Shown here: piece by piece, positions 40,871 through 51,063 of the stretch
How positions within the stretch are numbered: the first letter of the stretch is position 1
How the letters are laid out: every line of letters begins with the position of its first letter
IMG/VR virus record: IMGVR_UViG_3300026076_000002
DNA length: 64,000 nucleotides
Direction: 5' to 3' (one strand)
From: a virus
Notes under the pieces: model-generated
Databases searched by the model: none
The model's input: only the letters and a program-made list of their open reading frames with translations
Told to the model about the DNA's origin: nothing
Translations under genes and position numbers: made by a program

Positions 40871-41804
40871 TTTTTTATGGGTTGAAAAATATAGACCCAA
40901 GACAATTGAAGACTGTATCCTCCCAGATGATCTTAAGAAAACACTTAGTGCTTTTATAGATAAAGGAGAACTGCCTAACCTTTTGTTAGCAGGACCGCCA
41001 GGCATCGGTAAGACTACCGTTGCCAAGGCATTGTGTCATCAAATAGGAGCAGACTATTATGTCATCAACGGATCAGATGAAGGCAGGTTTCTCGACACCG
41101 TGCGTAATCAGGCTAAGAACTTCGCCTCTACTGTTTCCCTTACGTCAGGGAGCAAGCATAAGGTTATCATCATTGACGAGGCAGATAATACCACCCATGA
41201 TGTTCAGTTACTTCTTCGGGCAAACATAGAGGCGTTTTATAACAACTGTAGATTTATTTTTACATGTAACTACAAAAATAAAATTATAGAACCACTGCAT
41301 TCTAGATGTGCTGTAGTTGATTTTAGTATAGGTAAGAAAGAGAAGCAACAAATTGCTGCTACATTTTTTAGGAGGTTAGTTGAGATACTAGATAAGGAAG
41401 GAATTACTGCTGATAAGAAAGTATTAGTTGAGGTAATCCAAAAGCACTTCCCAGATTGGCGAAGAGTGCTTAATGAGTGTCAGAGGTATAGTGCATCAGG
41501 ATCTATTGATACTGGTATACTTACAGTATTCAACAATACTAATACCACTGAACTGGTAGGGTTTCTACAGAAGAAAGAGTTTGGTAATGTACGTAAGTGG
41601 GTGGTTCAGAATCTGGACAATGACCCTAACGTGATATTACGGAACATCTATGATATAATGTATGAAACATTAAAACCAAAGTCTATCCCAGAGGCAGTCT
41701 TGGTCATCGCAAGATACCAATATCAAACTGCTTTCGTTGCTGATCAGGAAATAAACCTAATGGCAGCGTTGACTGAACTAATGTGTAATTGTGAATTCAA
41801 ATGA
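40860..41804 (+). CDS. g44: Clamp loader large subunit gp44
   Basis: LWVEKYRP, GPPGIGKTT, IIDEAD, LHSRC. Confidence 0.96.
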   Translation: MKDDFLWVEKYRPKTIEDCILPDDLKKTLSAFIDKGELPNLLLAGPPGIGKTTVAKALCHQIGADYYVINGSDEGRFLDTVRNQAKNFASTVSLTSGSKHKVIIIDEADNTTHDVQLLLRANIEAFYNNCRFIFTCNYKNKIIEPLHSRCAVVDFSIGKKEKQQIAATFFRRLVEILDKEGITADKKVLVEVIQKHFPDWRRVLNECQRYSASGSIDTGILTVFNNTNTTELVGFLQKKEFGNVRKWVVQNLDNDPNVILRNIYDIMYETLKPKSIPEAVLVIARYQYQTAFVADQEINLMAALTELMCNCEFK

Positions 41805-42064
41805 CTAAATCATCACGACCTGCAAAAAAAGCAACGGTCACCAATCGTGAGATCAAAGACTCAGTTGAAGAACTGAAGATCTCTTTGCCTAGGCAAAAGA
41901 AAAGTAGATTCTACTATCAGTTCTGGAGTGTTGCTGCATTGTCAGTACTTGCTGGACAACTATACGTAGGCACTGGATACCGTCAGATGTCAAGATCTTT
42001 TGATCGTATTGTAGACAGTATCATAGTTGAAATAACTGAAGACTCTGGACCTAAGTTCTATTAA
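41801..42064 (+). CDS. Hypothetical protein (single TM)
   Basis: ORF track; coupled to both neighbours. Confidence 0.6.
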   Translation: MTKSSRPAKKATVTNREIKDSVEELKISLPRQKKSRFYYQFWSVAALSVLAGQLYVGTGYRQMSRSFDRIVDSIIVEITEDSGPKFY

Positions 42065-42897
42065 TGAAAGCATTGAAAACACCACTCAGATATCCTGGTG
42101 GTAAGTCACGTGCTATTACAAAAATTAGTCCTTGTTTTCCTAACTTAAAAAACTACAAGGAGTTTAGAGAACCGTTCCTAGGGGGTGGTTCTGTTGCTTT
42201 GTATGTCAGTAAATCTTTTCCCCATTTAGATATCTGGGTTAATGACTTATACAAACCGTTGGCAAATTTTTGGCAACAACTTCAGGAAAAACCTGACGAA
42301 ATTACGAAAGAACTTGCGAGACTCAAAGGTCGATACGACACACCCGAACGAGCGAGACACTTGTTTGCTGAATGCAAGGAATGTCTTAATCATACTAACA
42401 GTGGGAAGAGTTCTAGGGCCGTTAGTTTTTATATCGTTAACAAGTGCTCATTTTCTGGACTTTCGGAATCTAGTTCCTTCAGTTCTCAGGCATCAGACTC
42501 CAATTTCTCAATGCGAGGAATTGAAAAATTGCCAGGATACTCAGAAATAATAAGAGACTGGAAGATTACTAATCTATCCTATACTGATCTCATGGATAAC
42601 AGTAAGGATTGTTTTATGTATCTTGATCCTCCTTATATGATTAAGGATAAGTTGTATGGTAAAAATGGTAGTATGCATGGTAAATTTTCTCATAGAGTAT
42701 TTGCTGACAACTGCCAACACAATGAATCTGATATGCTTGTCAGTTATAATTGTGACCAATTAATAAAAGATAGATTTAATGGGTGGAGTGTGGTAGAATA
42801 TGACCATACATATACTATGAGATCTACTGCATCTTATGGTAAGGATCAACAGGAACGTAAAGAGTTATTGCTTTTGAATTATGACTGCCGACTATGA
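42064..42897 (+). CDS. dam: DNA adenine methyltransferase (Dam/D12 class)
   Basis: LRYPGGKS, EPFLGGGS, VND, YLDPPY; target site not determined. Confidence 0.9.
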   Translation: MKALKTPLRYPGGKSRAITKISPCFPNLKNYKEFREPFLGGGSVALYVSKSFPHLDIWVNDLYKPLANFWQQLQEKPDEITKELARLKGRYDTPERARHLFAECKECLNHTNSGKSSRAVSFYIVNKCSFSGLSESSSFSSQASDSNFSMRGIEKLPGYSEIIRDWKITNLSYTDLMDNSKDCFMYLDPPYMIKDKLYGKNGSMHGKFSHRVFADNCQHNESDMLVSYNCDQLIKDRFNGWSVVEYDHTYTMRSTASYGKDQQERKELLLLNYDCRL

Positions 42898-43114
42898 CGA
42901 TTCAAATTGGCGTGAAGAGTATAAAAATTATACTTCTAGTAAGTATGAGTTAGACCTGCTTGAGAATGGACCTCATAGTCTTGCTCAGTCATGGATGATG
43001 GGTGCATTACATAACAAGTGGAAAAAGATGAAGGGATATAAAGATCCCGAACCACCCAACTGTCAGTCAAGTCTTAAAGAGTTCTTCCAAAAAAACAAAG
43101 ATCAAGGAATCTAA
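42881..43114 (+). CDS. Hypothetical protein
   Basis: ORF track; coupled gene. Confidence 0.65.
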   Translation: MTADYDDSNWREEYKNYTSSKYELDLLENGPHSLAQSWMMGALHNKWKKMKGYKDPEPPNCQSSLKEFFQKNKDQGI

Positions 43115-43455
43115 TGGCAATTTATCATGATGCTGAGATTAGAATTAATCTCAATGAACTTGTACAAATGAGATCTAACTACTTGTTTAGAAGTAGTAAA
43201 GTTAGTACAAACCTTAGTGAACAAGATATAGATTGCTTGTCTTCAAGTCTTCCATCAAGGTTGACATGGGATGCTTTGTATGGCATGGTAGATAGTGCTA
43301 TCTTTGAGTATCTTGATGAAGCAGATACACACTATGGTGAAAGAACTATTGAAACCATTGAGGTAACAAGGGAACAAGAATTTAAAAAGAATTTTAAAAT
43401 GGTTAAGTTAGAATCATCTGCATGGACAATCGAAGTACCTTTGAGGAAGAAGTAA
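43114..43455 (+). CDS. Hypothetical protein
   Basis: ORF track; TAATG coupling on both sides. Confidence 0.65.
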   Translation: MAIYHDAEIRINLNELVQMRSNYLFRSSKVSTNLSEQDIDCLSSSLPSRLTWDALYGMVDSAIFEYLDEADTHYGERTIETIEVTREQEFKKNFKMVKLESSAWTIEVPLRKK

Positions 43456-44108
43456 TGCTGGCACAAGAATTAAAAGAAGGAACAAAGAAATCACATTCTC
43501 TAGCAGAGAACACATCTTTTGTAAAAGGATTTCTTAGAGGTACTCTTAGTGAGTATAACTATGTGGTGCTACTTTCTAATTTCTATTACATATACAGAGC
43601 ATTAGAAGAAGAGGTAGGAGTTCATAATAAAAATCCTAAAGTTGGTTCTATAAATTTTGAAGAACTTAAAAGGGTTCCATCTATTATAAAAGATTTAAAA
43701 TATTTTATAGGTCCAGACTGGGCTAATAGAGTTGCACTTACTGATGCAACAGAAAGATATGTTCAACGTATTAGGGAAGTATCTAAGGACAGTCCATACT
43801 TATTACTAGGACATCATTATACAAGATACTTAGGTGATCTATCTGGTGGTCAGATACTTAAAGGTATTGCAAAGAAGGCATTAAAGTTAGAAGATGAAGG
43901 ACTTGCTTTCTATGAGTTTGATAAGATAGATGATAATAAAGTATTTAAAGAAAGGTATAGATCAGTATTGAATAGTATAGATCTAACAGAATCTGAAATA
44001 AATGCTATAATAGTTGAGGCAAACTATGCTTTTAGATTAAACATGTATATGTTTGAAGAGTTTGAAGGTAATGTATTCAAAACCATTTGGAATTTAATAC
44101 GTGGATAG
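43455..44108 (+). CDS. ho1: Heme oxygenase
   Basis: LKEGTKKSHSLAENT (proximal His), HHYTRYLGDLSGGQIL, EANYAFRLNM. Confidence 0.96.
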   Translation: MLAQELKEGTKKSHSLAENTSFVKGFLRGTLSEYNYVVLLSNFYYIYRALEEEVGVHNKNPKVGSINFEELKRVPSIIKDLKYFIGPDWANRVALTDATERYVQRIREVSKDSPYLLLGHHYTRYLGDLSGGQILKGIAKKALKLEDEGLAFYEFDKIDDNKVFKERYRSVLNSIDLTESEINAIIVEANYAFRLNMYMFEEFEGNVFKTIWNLIRG

Positions 44109-44547
44109 TGTAGGTAAGGTTGGTAAATGGATCTATGATGTATTGAGCCAACCCAGTAGGGTCTTTGGTGATCTACCACCATGTCCATTTGCTAAGAAGT
44201 CTTGGGATGAGGGTGGTATTGATGTTCTAGATTTTAGATCTTGGGATGATGTTGAAGAACATTTAGATATACTACAGGACGTTATGATCTTTATGATGGA
44301 GGATATATCGTCAGAAGAACTCGTAGAAAGAGCACGTTACTTTAATGATAAATACCCACACCTAGTCTTCTTAGAGGAACACCCCGACCTCGTAGAAGAA
44401 TTTGATGGTGTGACAGTAAACTCTGGTTATACTATGCTTATTGTTCAAGACAGAAAGCATCTTGTAGATTCAAGAAAGTTATTGGAGGATACTGATTACT
44501 ATTATCATTGGTCACCTGAACTCAAACAACGTATTCTTGACAGATGA
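44101..44547 (+). CDS. Hypothetical protein (PCPFA motif, DUF1415-like)
   Basis: LPPCPFAK, LEEHP, terminal YYYHW. Confidence 0.6.
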   Translation: MDSVGKVGKWIYDVLSQPSRVFGDLPPCPFAKKSWDEGGIDVLDFRSWDDVEEHLDILQDVMIFMMEDISSEELVERARYFNDKYPHLVFLEEHPDLVEEFDGVTVNSGYTMLIVQDRKHLVDSRKLLEDTDYYYHWSPELKQRILDR

Positions 44548-45980
44548 ATAACAAGTATAACTACTGGGCTCCTTGGCATAAACTAAAGACTACTATACTT
44601 GGTAAGTTTTATTCTCCTGAATTTTTCGAGAACGTAGAGAATGACCTTATAAGATCAAACCTACAAAGAATTGCAGAAGAAACTGAAGAAGATTTATTAA
44701 ATTATAAGTCAGTACTAGAAAGTGCTGGTGTACATGTTATAAGACCATATCTAGATCCTAATGATAGGATAGAACGATACCTACAAGATGGTATGGTTAA
44801 TAATATTAATCCATTTGGTCGTGTAAGGACTGTTCCTAGAGCACCTTTACAACCAAGGGATTTTGCTTTGGTTATTAATGGTAAGTTACACATAACTCAT
44901 GGAGATCATGTTGCATTGATTGATCTAGTAGAAGAATATAACAAAGAGGATCAAGTTGTACTTGACTGGGAACTAGATTCATTCTCTGAAGACAAGAAAA
45001 ATAAACTTTATAGGCAGTATTATAATACTAGAAAGACTAAAGACTGGCCTTCTTTTGAAGATATACACACTGCTGATATATCCAATAAAGATGCTATGAC
45101 TCAGATGGAAGTAGAATACTTTAGAAAGTATGCTAGACAGTCTATGGTACATATGATTAAAGCACCTTGTATATCAATAGTTGGACAGGATATGATTGTT
45201 GAGGGTGCATTATTTGATCAGGATAAATTCCAAGAAATTGATTGGGGATATGATCCAAGGTATAATCTTATTAACATAGGTGGTCATGCTGATGGATGCT
45301 ATCGTCCTATAAAGGAAGGTGCTATTATATCAATATTCCCACCATCAAAATATGTGGGTACTTATCCTGGTTGGGATGTTTGTGAATTATTCAATACAGG
45401 AAAACATACTGATATCATTAAACAATTCTATAAGTGGCGTGGTGCTATAGGTGGTAGGTGGTATGTTGATGGTGAAATTAATAAGCAGTTTATTGATTAT
45501 GTTGATACCTACCTTAGTGAGTTTGTTGGGTTCACTGTTGAAACTGACTTTGATGTTAATTCTATGTCCTTAGATGGTGAGAATATATTAGTATCAGGTC
45601 ATACTGATAAGGCACTTGAGTTTTTTAAAAAGCATAAGGTAGAACCTACATTGGTTCCATTTAGACATAGGCATTTCCATGATGGTGGACTACATTGTGT
45701 CACATTAGATCTATACCGTGAAGGTGAAATGGAAGATTACTGGCCTACTGGTAAAGAGCATTTAATAGGTTCTGATGGAACTATTAGATTAAATGCTGGT
45801 AATAAGTATAGAAGAAGGGGATTTGGTGATCAGACTACAATTAATGAAACCCTTGATGAATATAATTACAGGAATGAAGAGGCACGTGAAAAATTTGAAC
45901 TTGAGAAAGAGTTAAGAAAGATTGAAAGAGAAGGTGGAGGTAAGACACTACATGCTCGTGGACAGTGGTGGAGTATATGA
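44544..45980 (+). CDS. Amidinotransferase (pentein) superfamily protein
   Basis: GVHVIRP, QPRD, GHADG, FDVN and DGGLHCVT give Asp/His/Cys catalytic candidates. Confidence 0.78.
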   Translation: MNNKYNYWAPWHKLKTTILGKFYSPEFFENVENDLIRSNLQRIAEETEEDLLNYKSVLESAGVHVIRPYLDPNDRIERYLQDGMVNNINPFGRVRTVPRAPLQPRDFALVINGKLHITHGDHVALIDLVEEYNKEDQVVLDWELDSFSEDKKNKLYRQYYNTRKTKDWPSFEDIHTADISNKDAMTQMEVEYFRKYARQSMVHMIKAPCISIVGQDMIVEGALFDQDKFQEIDWGYDPRYNLINIGGHADGCYRPIKEGAIISIFPPSKYVGTYPGWDVCELFNTGKHTDIIKQFYKWRGAIGGRWYVDGEINKQFIDYVDTYLSEFVGFTVETDFDVNSMSLDGENILVSGHTDKALEFFKKHKVEPTLVPFRHRHFHDGGLHCVTLDLYREGEMEDYWPTGKEHLIGSDGTIRLNAGNKYRRRGFGDQTTINETLDEYNYRNEEAREKFELEKELRKIEREGGGKTLHARGQWWSI

Positions 45981-46009
45981 TATAATGTAAGGATTGGAAG
46001 AGGATTCAA

Positions 46010-46390
46010 ATGGAACTTAAAGAATGGTTAAAGACAATTAATGTTTCAAAGAAGAATCTTATAGATGAAGAACCAGATTTAGAAAAAAAATATCCAGCAT
46101 ATATTGTTAATAGATGTCTTGCTGGACATCTAGATGCGATAGTGTATGTTAATGAGTTAAACATAAACCATCACTTAGATAAGAAGCTACAATACGACTT
46201 TCTACTAAATACTTTGAGGTCTGCAAAGCGGTATTCTCCTTGGATACGTAAGGATGAGGCAGACAATCTTGATGCAGTAAAACGTTATTATGGTTATAGT
46301 AACGAGAAATGTAAGCAAGTGTTGTCTATACTTACCGAAGATCAATTGAATTATATCCATAAAAAACTTGATACTGGGGGATTAAAATGA
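46010..46390 (+). CDS. g62: Clamp loader small subunit gp62
   Basis: YPAYIVNRCL, QYDFLLN, VKRYYGYSNEK; precedes regA. Confidence 0.92.
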   Translation: MELKEWLKTINVSKKNLIDEEPDLEKKYPAYIVNRCLAGHLDAIVYVNELNINHHLDKKLQYDFLLNTLRSAKRYSPWIRKDEADNLDAVKRYYGYSNEKCKQVLSILTEDQLNYIHKKLDTGGLK

Positions 46391-46818
46391 ATGTCGCTGA
46401 GCCCGAATATAATTGGACTCCTGATAAGATGGTCGAGGTCAGCCTTGCTGAACCTGATGACTTCCTTAAAGTCCGTGAGACTCTTACTCGTATAGGTGTT
46501 GCATCTAGGAAAGAGAAGAAGTTATATCAATCATGTCACATCTTGCATAAGCAAGGAAAGTATTACATAGTCCATTTCAAGGAACTCTTCGCCCTTGATG
46601 GTAAGAAAGCAAACTTAAGTCTTAATGATATACAGAGAAGGAATAGAATTATTCAACTACTATCTGACTGGGGATTGGTTACTCTTATAGAACCAGATTC
46701 TGTGCTTGATATAGCACCACTTAATCAGATAAAGGTTATTGCTTATAAGGAAAAGCAAGAGTGGATACTAGAAACTAAGTATAATATTGGTAAGAAACGT
46801 ACTCAAGAGCAGGGTTAA
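46387..46818 (+). CDS. regA: Translational repressor RegA
   Basis: DDFLKVRETLTRIG, LYQSCHILHKQG, HFKELF. Confidence 0.97.
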   Translation: MNVAEPEYNWTPDKMVEVSLAEPDDFLKVRETLTRIGVASRKEKKLYQSCHILHKQGKYYIVHFKELFALDGKKANLSLNDIQRRNRIIQLLSDWGLVTLIEPDSVLDIAPLNQIKVIAYKEKQEWILETKYNIGKKRTQEQG

Positions 46819-46857
46819 CCGTAGTTTAATATAAAAGACTTCTGGTATAATTAGTAT

Positions 46858-46900
46858 TGTGATGCCTTCGGGGTCACAGTTCAGACGCTTAATGAGGTCT
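46858..46900 (+). promoter_or_regulatory. Structured hsp20 leader (cUUCGg hairpin plus SD-sequestering hairpin)
   Basis: TGTGATgCC-TTCG-GGGTCACA, then AGACgCTT-aat-GAGGTCT covering GAGG. Confidence 0.45.
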
Positions 46901-46901
46901 T

Positions 46902-47339
46902 ATGTTTAACGAAGCTAACGCTATTACTTTGTCCGTTCCTGAGACAAAGGCTTACCTAGACAAGGTAAGAAGAAATATGATTGGGTTTGATGACTGGTTC
47001 ACAAACTTTGATCAGCATTTTTCACAGCAAAATAACTATCCACCATACAACACAGTAAAACTCAGCAACCATGAGTACCGTGTTGAGGTTGCACTTGCTG
47101 GATTTAAAAAAGATGATTTAAAAGTTTACACACAGGAAGGTAAACTAATCCTTGAAGGAAGTAAGGAAGGTGATGGACGTGATTATGTTCACCAAGGACT
47201 AGCACAAAGATCATTTACTAGAACATGGGCATTGCCTGATGATTTGGTAGTTAAGAAAGTAGATTTCCAAGACGGACTACTTCTTATTGACATAGACAGA
47301 GTTATCCCTGACCATCAGCAACGAAAAGACTGGCTCTAA
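46902..47339 (+). CDS. hsp20: Small heat-shock protein
   Basis: NYPPYN, VEVALAGF, HQGLAQRSFTRTW, DGLL. Confidence 0.95.
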   Translation: MFNEANAITLSVPETKAYLDKVRRNMIGFDDWFTNFDQHFSQQNNYPPYNTVKLSNHEYRVEVALAGFKKDDLKVYTQEGKLILEGSKEGDGRDYVHQGLAQRSFTRTWALPDDLVVKKVDFQDGLLLIDIDRVIPDHQQRKDWL

Positions 47340-47361
47340 ATAAAGAAAAGATGAGCTAGAC

Positions 47362-48102
47362 GTGTACAGCAGGGTACTCAAACATATTAGTGGGGCAGAT
47401 CTTCGTGCTTTAAACGAGGATCTGTCTTTGAAGTTTAGGGATGAATTAAACCCTATGTTCTGGAAGGGTGATACTCTCAAGGGTGTCATTAAGACTGCTT
47501 TGATGAAGTTTGCTAATGCATTTGCAGAATATGTAGAACTTGATAACAGAGCAATTAAAGATGTTTTAATGTTGGGTGGTAATGCAGGGTATAATTATAC
47601 TCAGCACTCAGACATCGATGTACATATCGTAGTAGATCCTAAGTATATTCCTGGATGTGATCCAGAAGTATTAGATGATTACTACATGGATAAGAAGACA
47701 TTATGGGAACTAACCCATGATGTTAAGATCTATGGTGTACCAGCAGAACCATATATTGAACAACCAGGTATCAAACGTAAGAAAGCACAGGGTGTGTATA
47801 GTTTGATGAAGAATAAATGGATTCAGAAACCACAGAAATTTGAAGGGGAACTAGACGAAAGAGAACTTGAGAAGAAGGTTAATAATATCAAACGTAAATT
47901 AGATTGTATGATACAGTCAGATGGTGTAGGACTTAAGGCAGCAGTCAAACGGTTACGTGATGCTAGGCAAGCATCTCTTGAAAAGTATGGTGAGTATGGT
48001 ATGGAGAACTTGGTGTTCAAAGAACTACGTAACTCAGGTTACATTGACAAAGTAAGGAAGGCGGTGTTACAATATACATCAGCAAGCCTATCGCTTAAAT
48101 GA
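47362..48102 (+). CDS. Pol-beta-superfamily nucleotidyltransferase-like protein
   Basis: LGGNAGYNY...SDIDVH motif; GVYSL...W; ENLVFKELR; CTAAATA at 47336. Confidence 0.65.
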   Translation: MYSRVLKHISGADLRALNEDLSLKFRDELNPMFWKGDTLKGVIKTALMKFANAFAEYVELDNRAIKDVLMLGGNAGYNYTQHSDIDVHIVVDPKYIPGCDPEVLDDYYMDKKTLWELTHDVKIYGVPAEPYIEQPGIKRKKAQGVYSLMKNKWIQKPQKFEGELDERELEKKVNNIKRKLDCMIQSDGVGLKAAVKRLRDARQASLEKYGEYGMENLVFKELRNSGYIDKVRKAVLQYTSASLSLK

Positions 48103-48368
48103 TCAAGATTTTATTATTGAAAGAGTATCAGTTGGTTCTGATCGCTAGGATGGAAGAGTTACAAACAGAACTAGGTGAACCAGATTGTAAACTAGACCAA
48201 CCTTTTGAGATAGTTGATGCTAGTGGGCAGTTTACTATGAGACCTTGGCCTTCTTTTACTACTCAGAAGCAATTGATTATTCATTCTGATAGCATCTTAA
48301 CTATTGTAGAACCAGATAAAGAACAGTTAGATAAGTACCAAGCATTGACCGCTAACGCTGCTGCATGA
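48099..48368 (+). CDS. Conserved hypothetical protein preceding g43
   Basis: GEPDCKL..P, PWP, SDSILTIVEP. Confidence 0.7.
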   Translation: MIKILLLKEYQLVLIARMEELQTELGEPDCKLDQPFEIVDASGQFTMRPWPSFTTQKQLIIHSDSILTIVEPDKEQLDKYQALTANAAA

Positions 48369-50863
48369 GATATTATACCAATGTCCAGATGATTGGGAAT
48401 GAGTTCCTAGTCAGAGGATATGAGAATGGAAAATCTTTTGTTACTAGGGAGACATTTTCTCCTAAGTTATATGTTCCCAGTCGTATAAAAACCGACTGGA
48501 AAACTCTTGATGGTAAGTATGTTGCAGAGATAGAACCAGGTGGTGTAAGAGAATGTCGTGAGTTTATACGTGACCATCAGGACGTAGAAGGATTTGACAT
48601 CAGTGGTAATCGTAGATACATTTATCAATACATCTCTGAGAAGTACCCAGAGGATGAAATAAAGTTTGAGATGAAGAACATTCATCTTGTTACTATTGAT
48701 ATTGAGGTTCAAGCAGAAAGAGGATTTCCTTCAGTTGATAACTGTGATGAGGAGATGCTCTGTATTACTATGCAGAACTATGCCACAAAGAAGATTGTAA
48801 CTTTTGGTGTAGGTAAGTTTACAAATAATGATAAGGATGTTACTTACATTGAATGTAAGGATGAGTATGACTTACTAAGTAAGTTCTTAGAGTATTGGCA
48901 ATCAAATCCACCAGAAGTTGTTACTGGTTGGAACTGTCAGTTATATGACATACCTTATCTCGCTAAAAGAATAACTAAAGTATTGGGAGACAAACCATGC
49001 AAACGATTATCACCTTGGGGGTTGGTAACAAATGAAGAAGTCTTTGCTCATGGGCGTAGTCATTTGGTCTACGATATTGGGGGTATTACTGTCCTTGACT
49101 ACCTTGATCTCTACAAGAAATTCACCTACAAGGCACAGGAAAGCTATAGACTCGATTACATTGGACAAGTTGAAGTCAATGCACCGAAATTAGATCACTC
49201 TGAGTTCGATACCTTTAAAGATTTCTATAGAGGTAACTGGCAAAAGTTTGTTGAGTACAACATACAAGACGTTAAGATCGTTGACCAGTTAGAAGAGAAG
49301 ATGAAACTGGTAGAACTAGCAGTCACTATGGCATTTGATGCCAAGGTGAACTTTACTGATGTGTTCTTCCAAGTTCGTATGTGGGATATGATTATCTACA
49401 ATGATCTTAAGAAGAAAAAGATATGTATACCACCTAAAGAAGAAGAAATAAAGAATGAAAAGTATGCTGGAGCATACGTTAAGACTCCTGTACCTGGCAT
49501 TTATGATTGGGTTGTGTCGTTTGACCTTAACTCACTGTATCCACATCTTATAATGCAGTACAACATATCACCTGAGACGTTGCTAGAAGAACGTTACAGG
49601 AATGTTAGTGTGGATAAACTACTGAATGATGAGGTAGACATGTCTGACCTACCTGAAGACGTTACAGTATGTCCTAATGGTGCTATGTATCGTAAGGATG
49701 TAAGGGGATTTTTACCTAAATTAATGGAGAAGATCTATTCTGAAAGAGTAGTCTTCAAAAAGAAGATGATTCAGGCAAAGAAAGACTATGAGAAGACCCC
49801 CACTAAGGCACTGGAGAAAGAAATTTCTAGATGTAACAACATACAGATGGCGAAAAAGATACAACTTAATTCTGCTTATGGTGCTATCGGTAATAATTAC
49901 TTCAGGTATTACAAACTAGCAAACGCTGAAGCCATCACACTAGGTGGTCAGTTCTCTATCAGATGGATAGAGAATAAAATGAACCAGTATTTGAATAGAA
50001 TACTTAAAACAAAGGAGACTGATTATGTTGTCGCATCTGATACCGATTCTATCTATCTCAATCTTGGTCCTTTGGTGGAGAACGTATACCAAGGTAGAGA
50101 AAAGAATGTTGAGGGCATTGTGTCGTTCCTTGATAAGATCTGTCAAGTGGAATTTGAAAAGTATATTGCGAATTCTTATGAAGAATTGGCCACGTACGTG
50201 AATGCTTATGACCAAAAGATGTTCATGAAACGTGAGACTATTGCTGAACGTGGTATATGGACTGCTAAGAAGAGATATATTTTATCTGCATGGGATATAG
50301 AAGGTGTTAGGTTTGCCGAACCTAAGTTAAAGATGATGGGTATTGAGGCAGTGAAGTCTAGTACCCCTGCACCATGCAGAAAGATGATTAAAGATGGGTT
50401 GAAGTTGTTAATTAATGGTACAGAGAAACAGACTCAGGATTATATTGCTAAGTGTCGTAGAGAATTTAGTAAACTAGATCCAGCAGACATAGCATTTCCA
50501 CGTACAGTAAGTAATGTTGACAAGTATAAGAGTCCTGTAGCAATCTATGGTAAGAATACACCAGTACATAGTCGTGGTGCTTTATTGTTTAATCACTATA
50601 TTAAGGAACGTGGTTTGGATAATAAATATAACGCCATCAACAATGGTGAAAAGATAAAGTTTGTGTATTTAAAGAAACCGAATCCAATACACGAGAACGT
50701 TATATCATTTATCAGCGAGTTCCCCAAAGAACTCGGACTATCACCCTACGTAGATTACGAACTGCAATTTACGAAGAGTTTTGTTGAGCCTATGAAAGCT
50801 ATATTAGATTCTATCGGTTGGAATATTGAGCAAGTTGCTACGCTTGAATCTTTCTTTATTTGA
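48365..50863 (+). CDS. g43: Family B DNA polymerase gp43
   Basis: DIEV exonuclease motif, SFDLNSLYP, KIQLNSAYG, SDTDS, KKRY; C-terminal clamp-binding LESFF. Confidence 0.98.
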   Translation: MRYYTNVQMIGNEFLVRGYENGKSFVTRETFSPKLYVPSRIKTDWKTLDGKYVAEIEPGGVRECREFIRDHQDVEGFDISGNRRYIYQYISEKYPEDEIKFEMKNIHLVTIDIEVQAERGFPSVDNCDEEMLCITMQNYATKKIVTFGVGKFTNNDKDVTYIECKDEYDLLSKFLEYWQSNPPEVVTGWNCQLYDIPYLAKRITKVLGDKPCKRLSPWGLVTNEEVFAHGRSHLVYDIGGITVLDYLDLYKKFTYKAQESYRLDYIGQVEVNAPKLDHSEFDTFKDFYRGNWQKFVEYNIQDVKIVDQLEEKMKLVELAVTMAFDAKVNFTDVFFQVRMWDMIIYNDLKKKKICIPPKEEEIKNEKYAGAYVKTPVPGIYDWVVSFDLNSLYPHLIMQYNISPETLLEERYRNVSVDKLLNDEVDMSDLPEDVTVCPNGAMYRKDVRGFLPKLMEKIYSERVVFKKKMIQAKKDYEKTPTKALEKEISRCNNIQMAKKIQLNSAYGAIGNNYFRYYKLANAEAITLGGQFSIRWIENKMNQYLNRILKTKETDYVVASDTDSIYLNLGPLVENVYQGREKNVEGIVSFLDKICQVEFEKYIANSYEELATYVNAYDQKMFMKRETIAERGIWTAKKRYILSAWDIEGVRFAEPKLKMMGIEAVKSSTPAPCRKMIKDGLKLLINGTEKQTQDYIAKCRREFSKLDPADIAFPRTVSNVDKYKSPVAIYGKNTPVHSRGALLFNHYIKERGLDNKYNAINNGEKIKFVYLKKPNPIHENVISFISEFPKELGLSPYVDYELQFTKSFVEPMKAILDSIGWNIEQVATLESFFI

Positions 50864-50872
50864 TGGTACAAT
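50844..50872 (+). promoter_or_regulatory. Sigma70-like promoter
   Basis: TTGAAT-17-TACAAT with TGn. Confidence 0.6.
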
Positions 50873-50892
50873 GACGATACTAATTCACTTAC

Positions 50893-51063
50893 ATGGATTT
50901 ACCTGTTACTGACAAAGAACTTGAAACGATTGTTAATGCATTGCATTTAGGGGGTGATACCTCCCTATTTCTAAAACTAAAATTAGTTAAAGAAGTTAGG
51001 GAAGAAAACCCAGGCGGTCCTTACAAGAAAATTTTAAGAGAACAATACGGTATGATCATATGA
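50893..51063 (+). CDS. Small hypothetical protein (56 aa), not in the ORF track
   Basis: MDLPVTDKELETIVNALHLGGDTSLFLKLKLVKEVREENPGGPYKKILREQYGMII; ATGA-coupled to psbN. Confidence 0.6.
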   Translation: MDLPVTDKELETIVNALHLGGDTSLFLKLKLVKEVREENPGGPYKKILREQYGMII

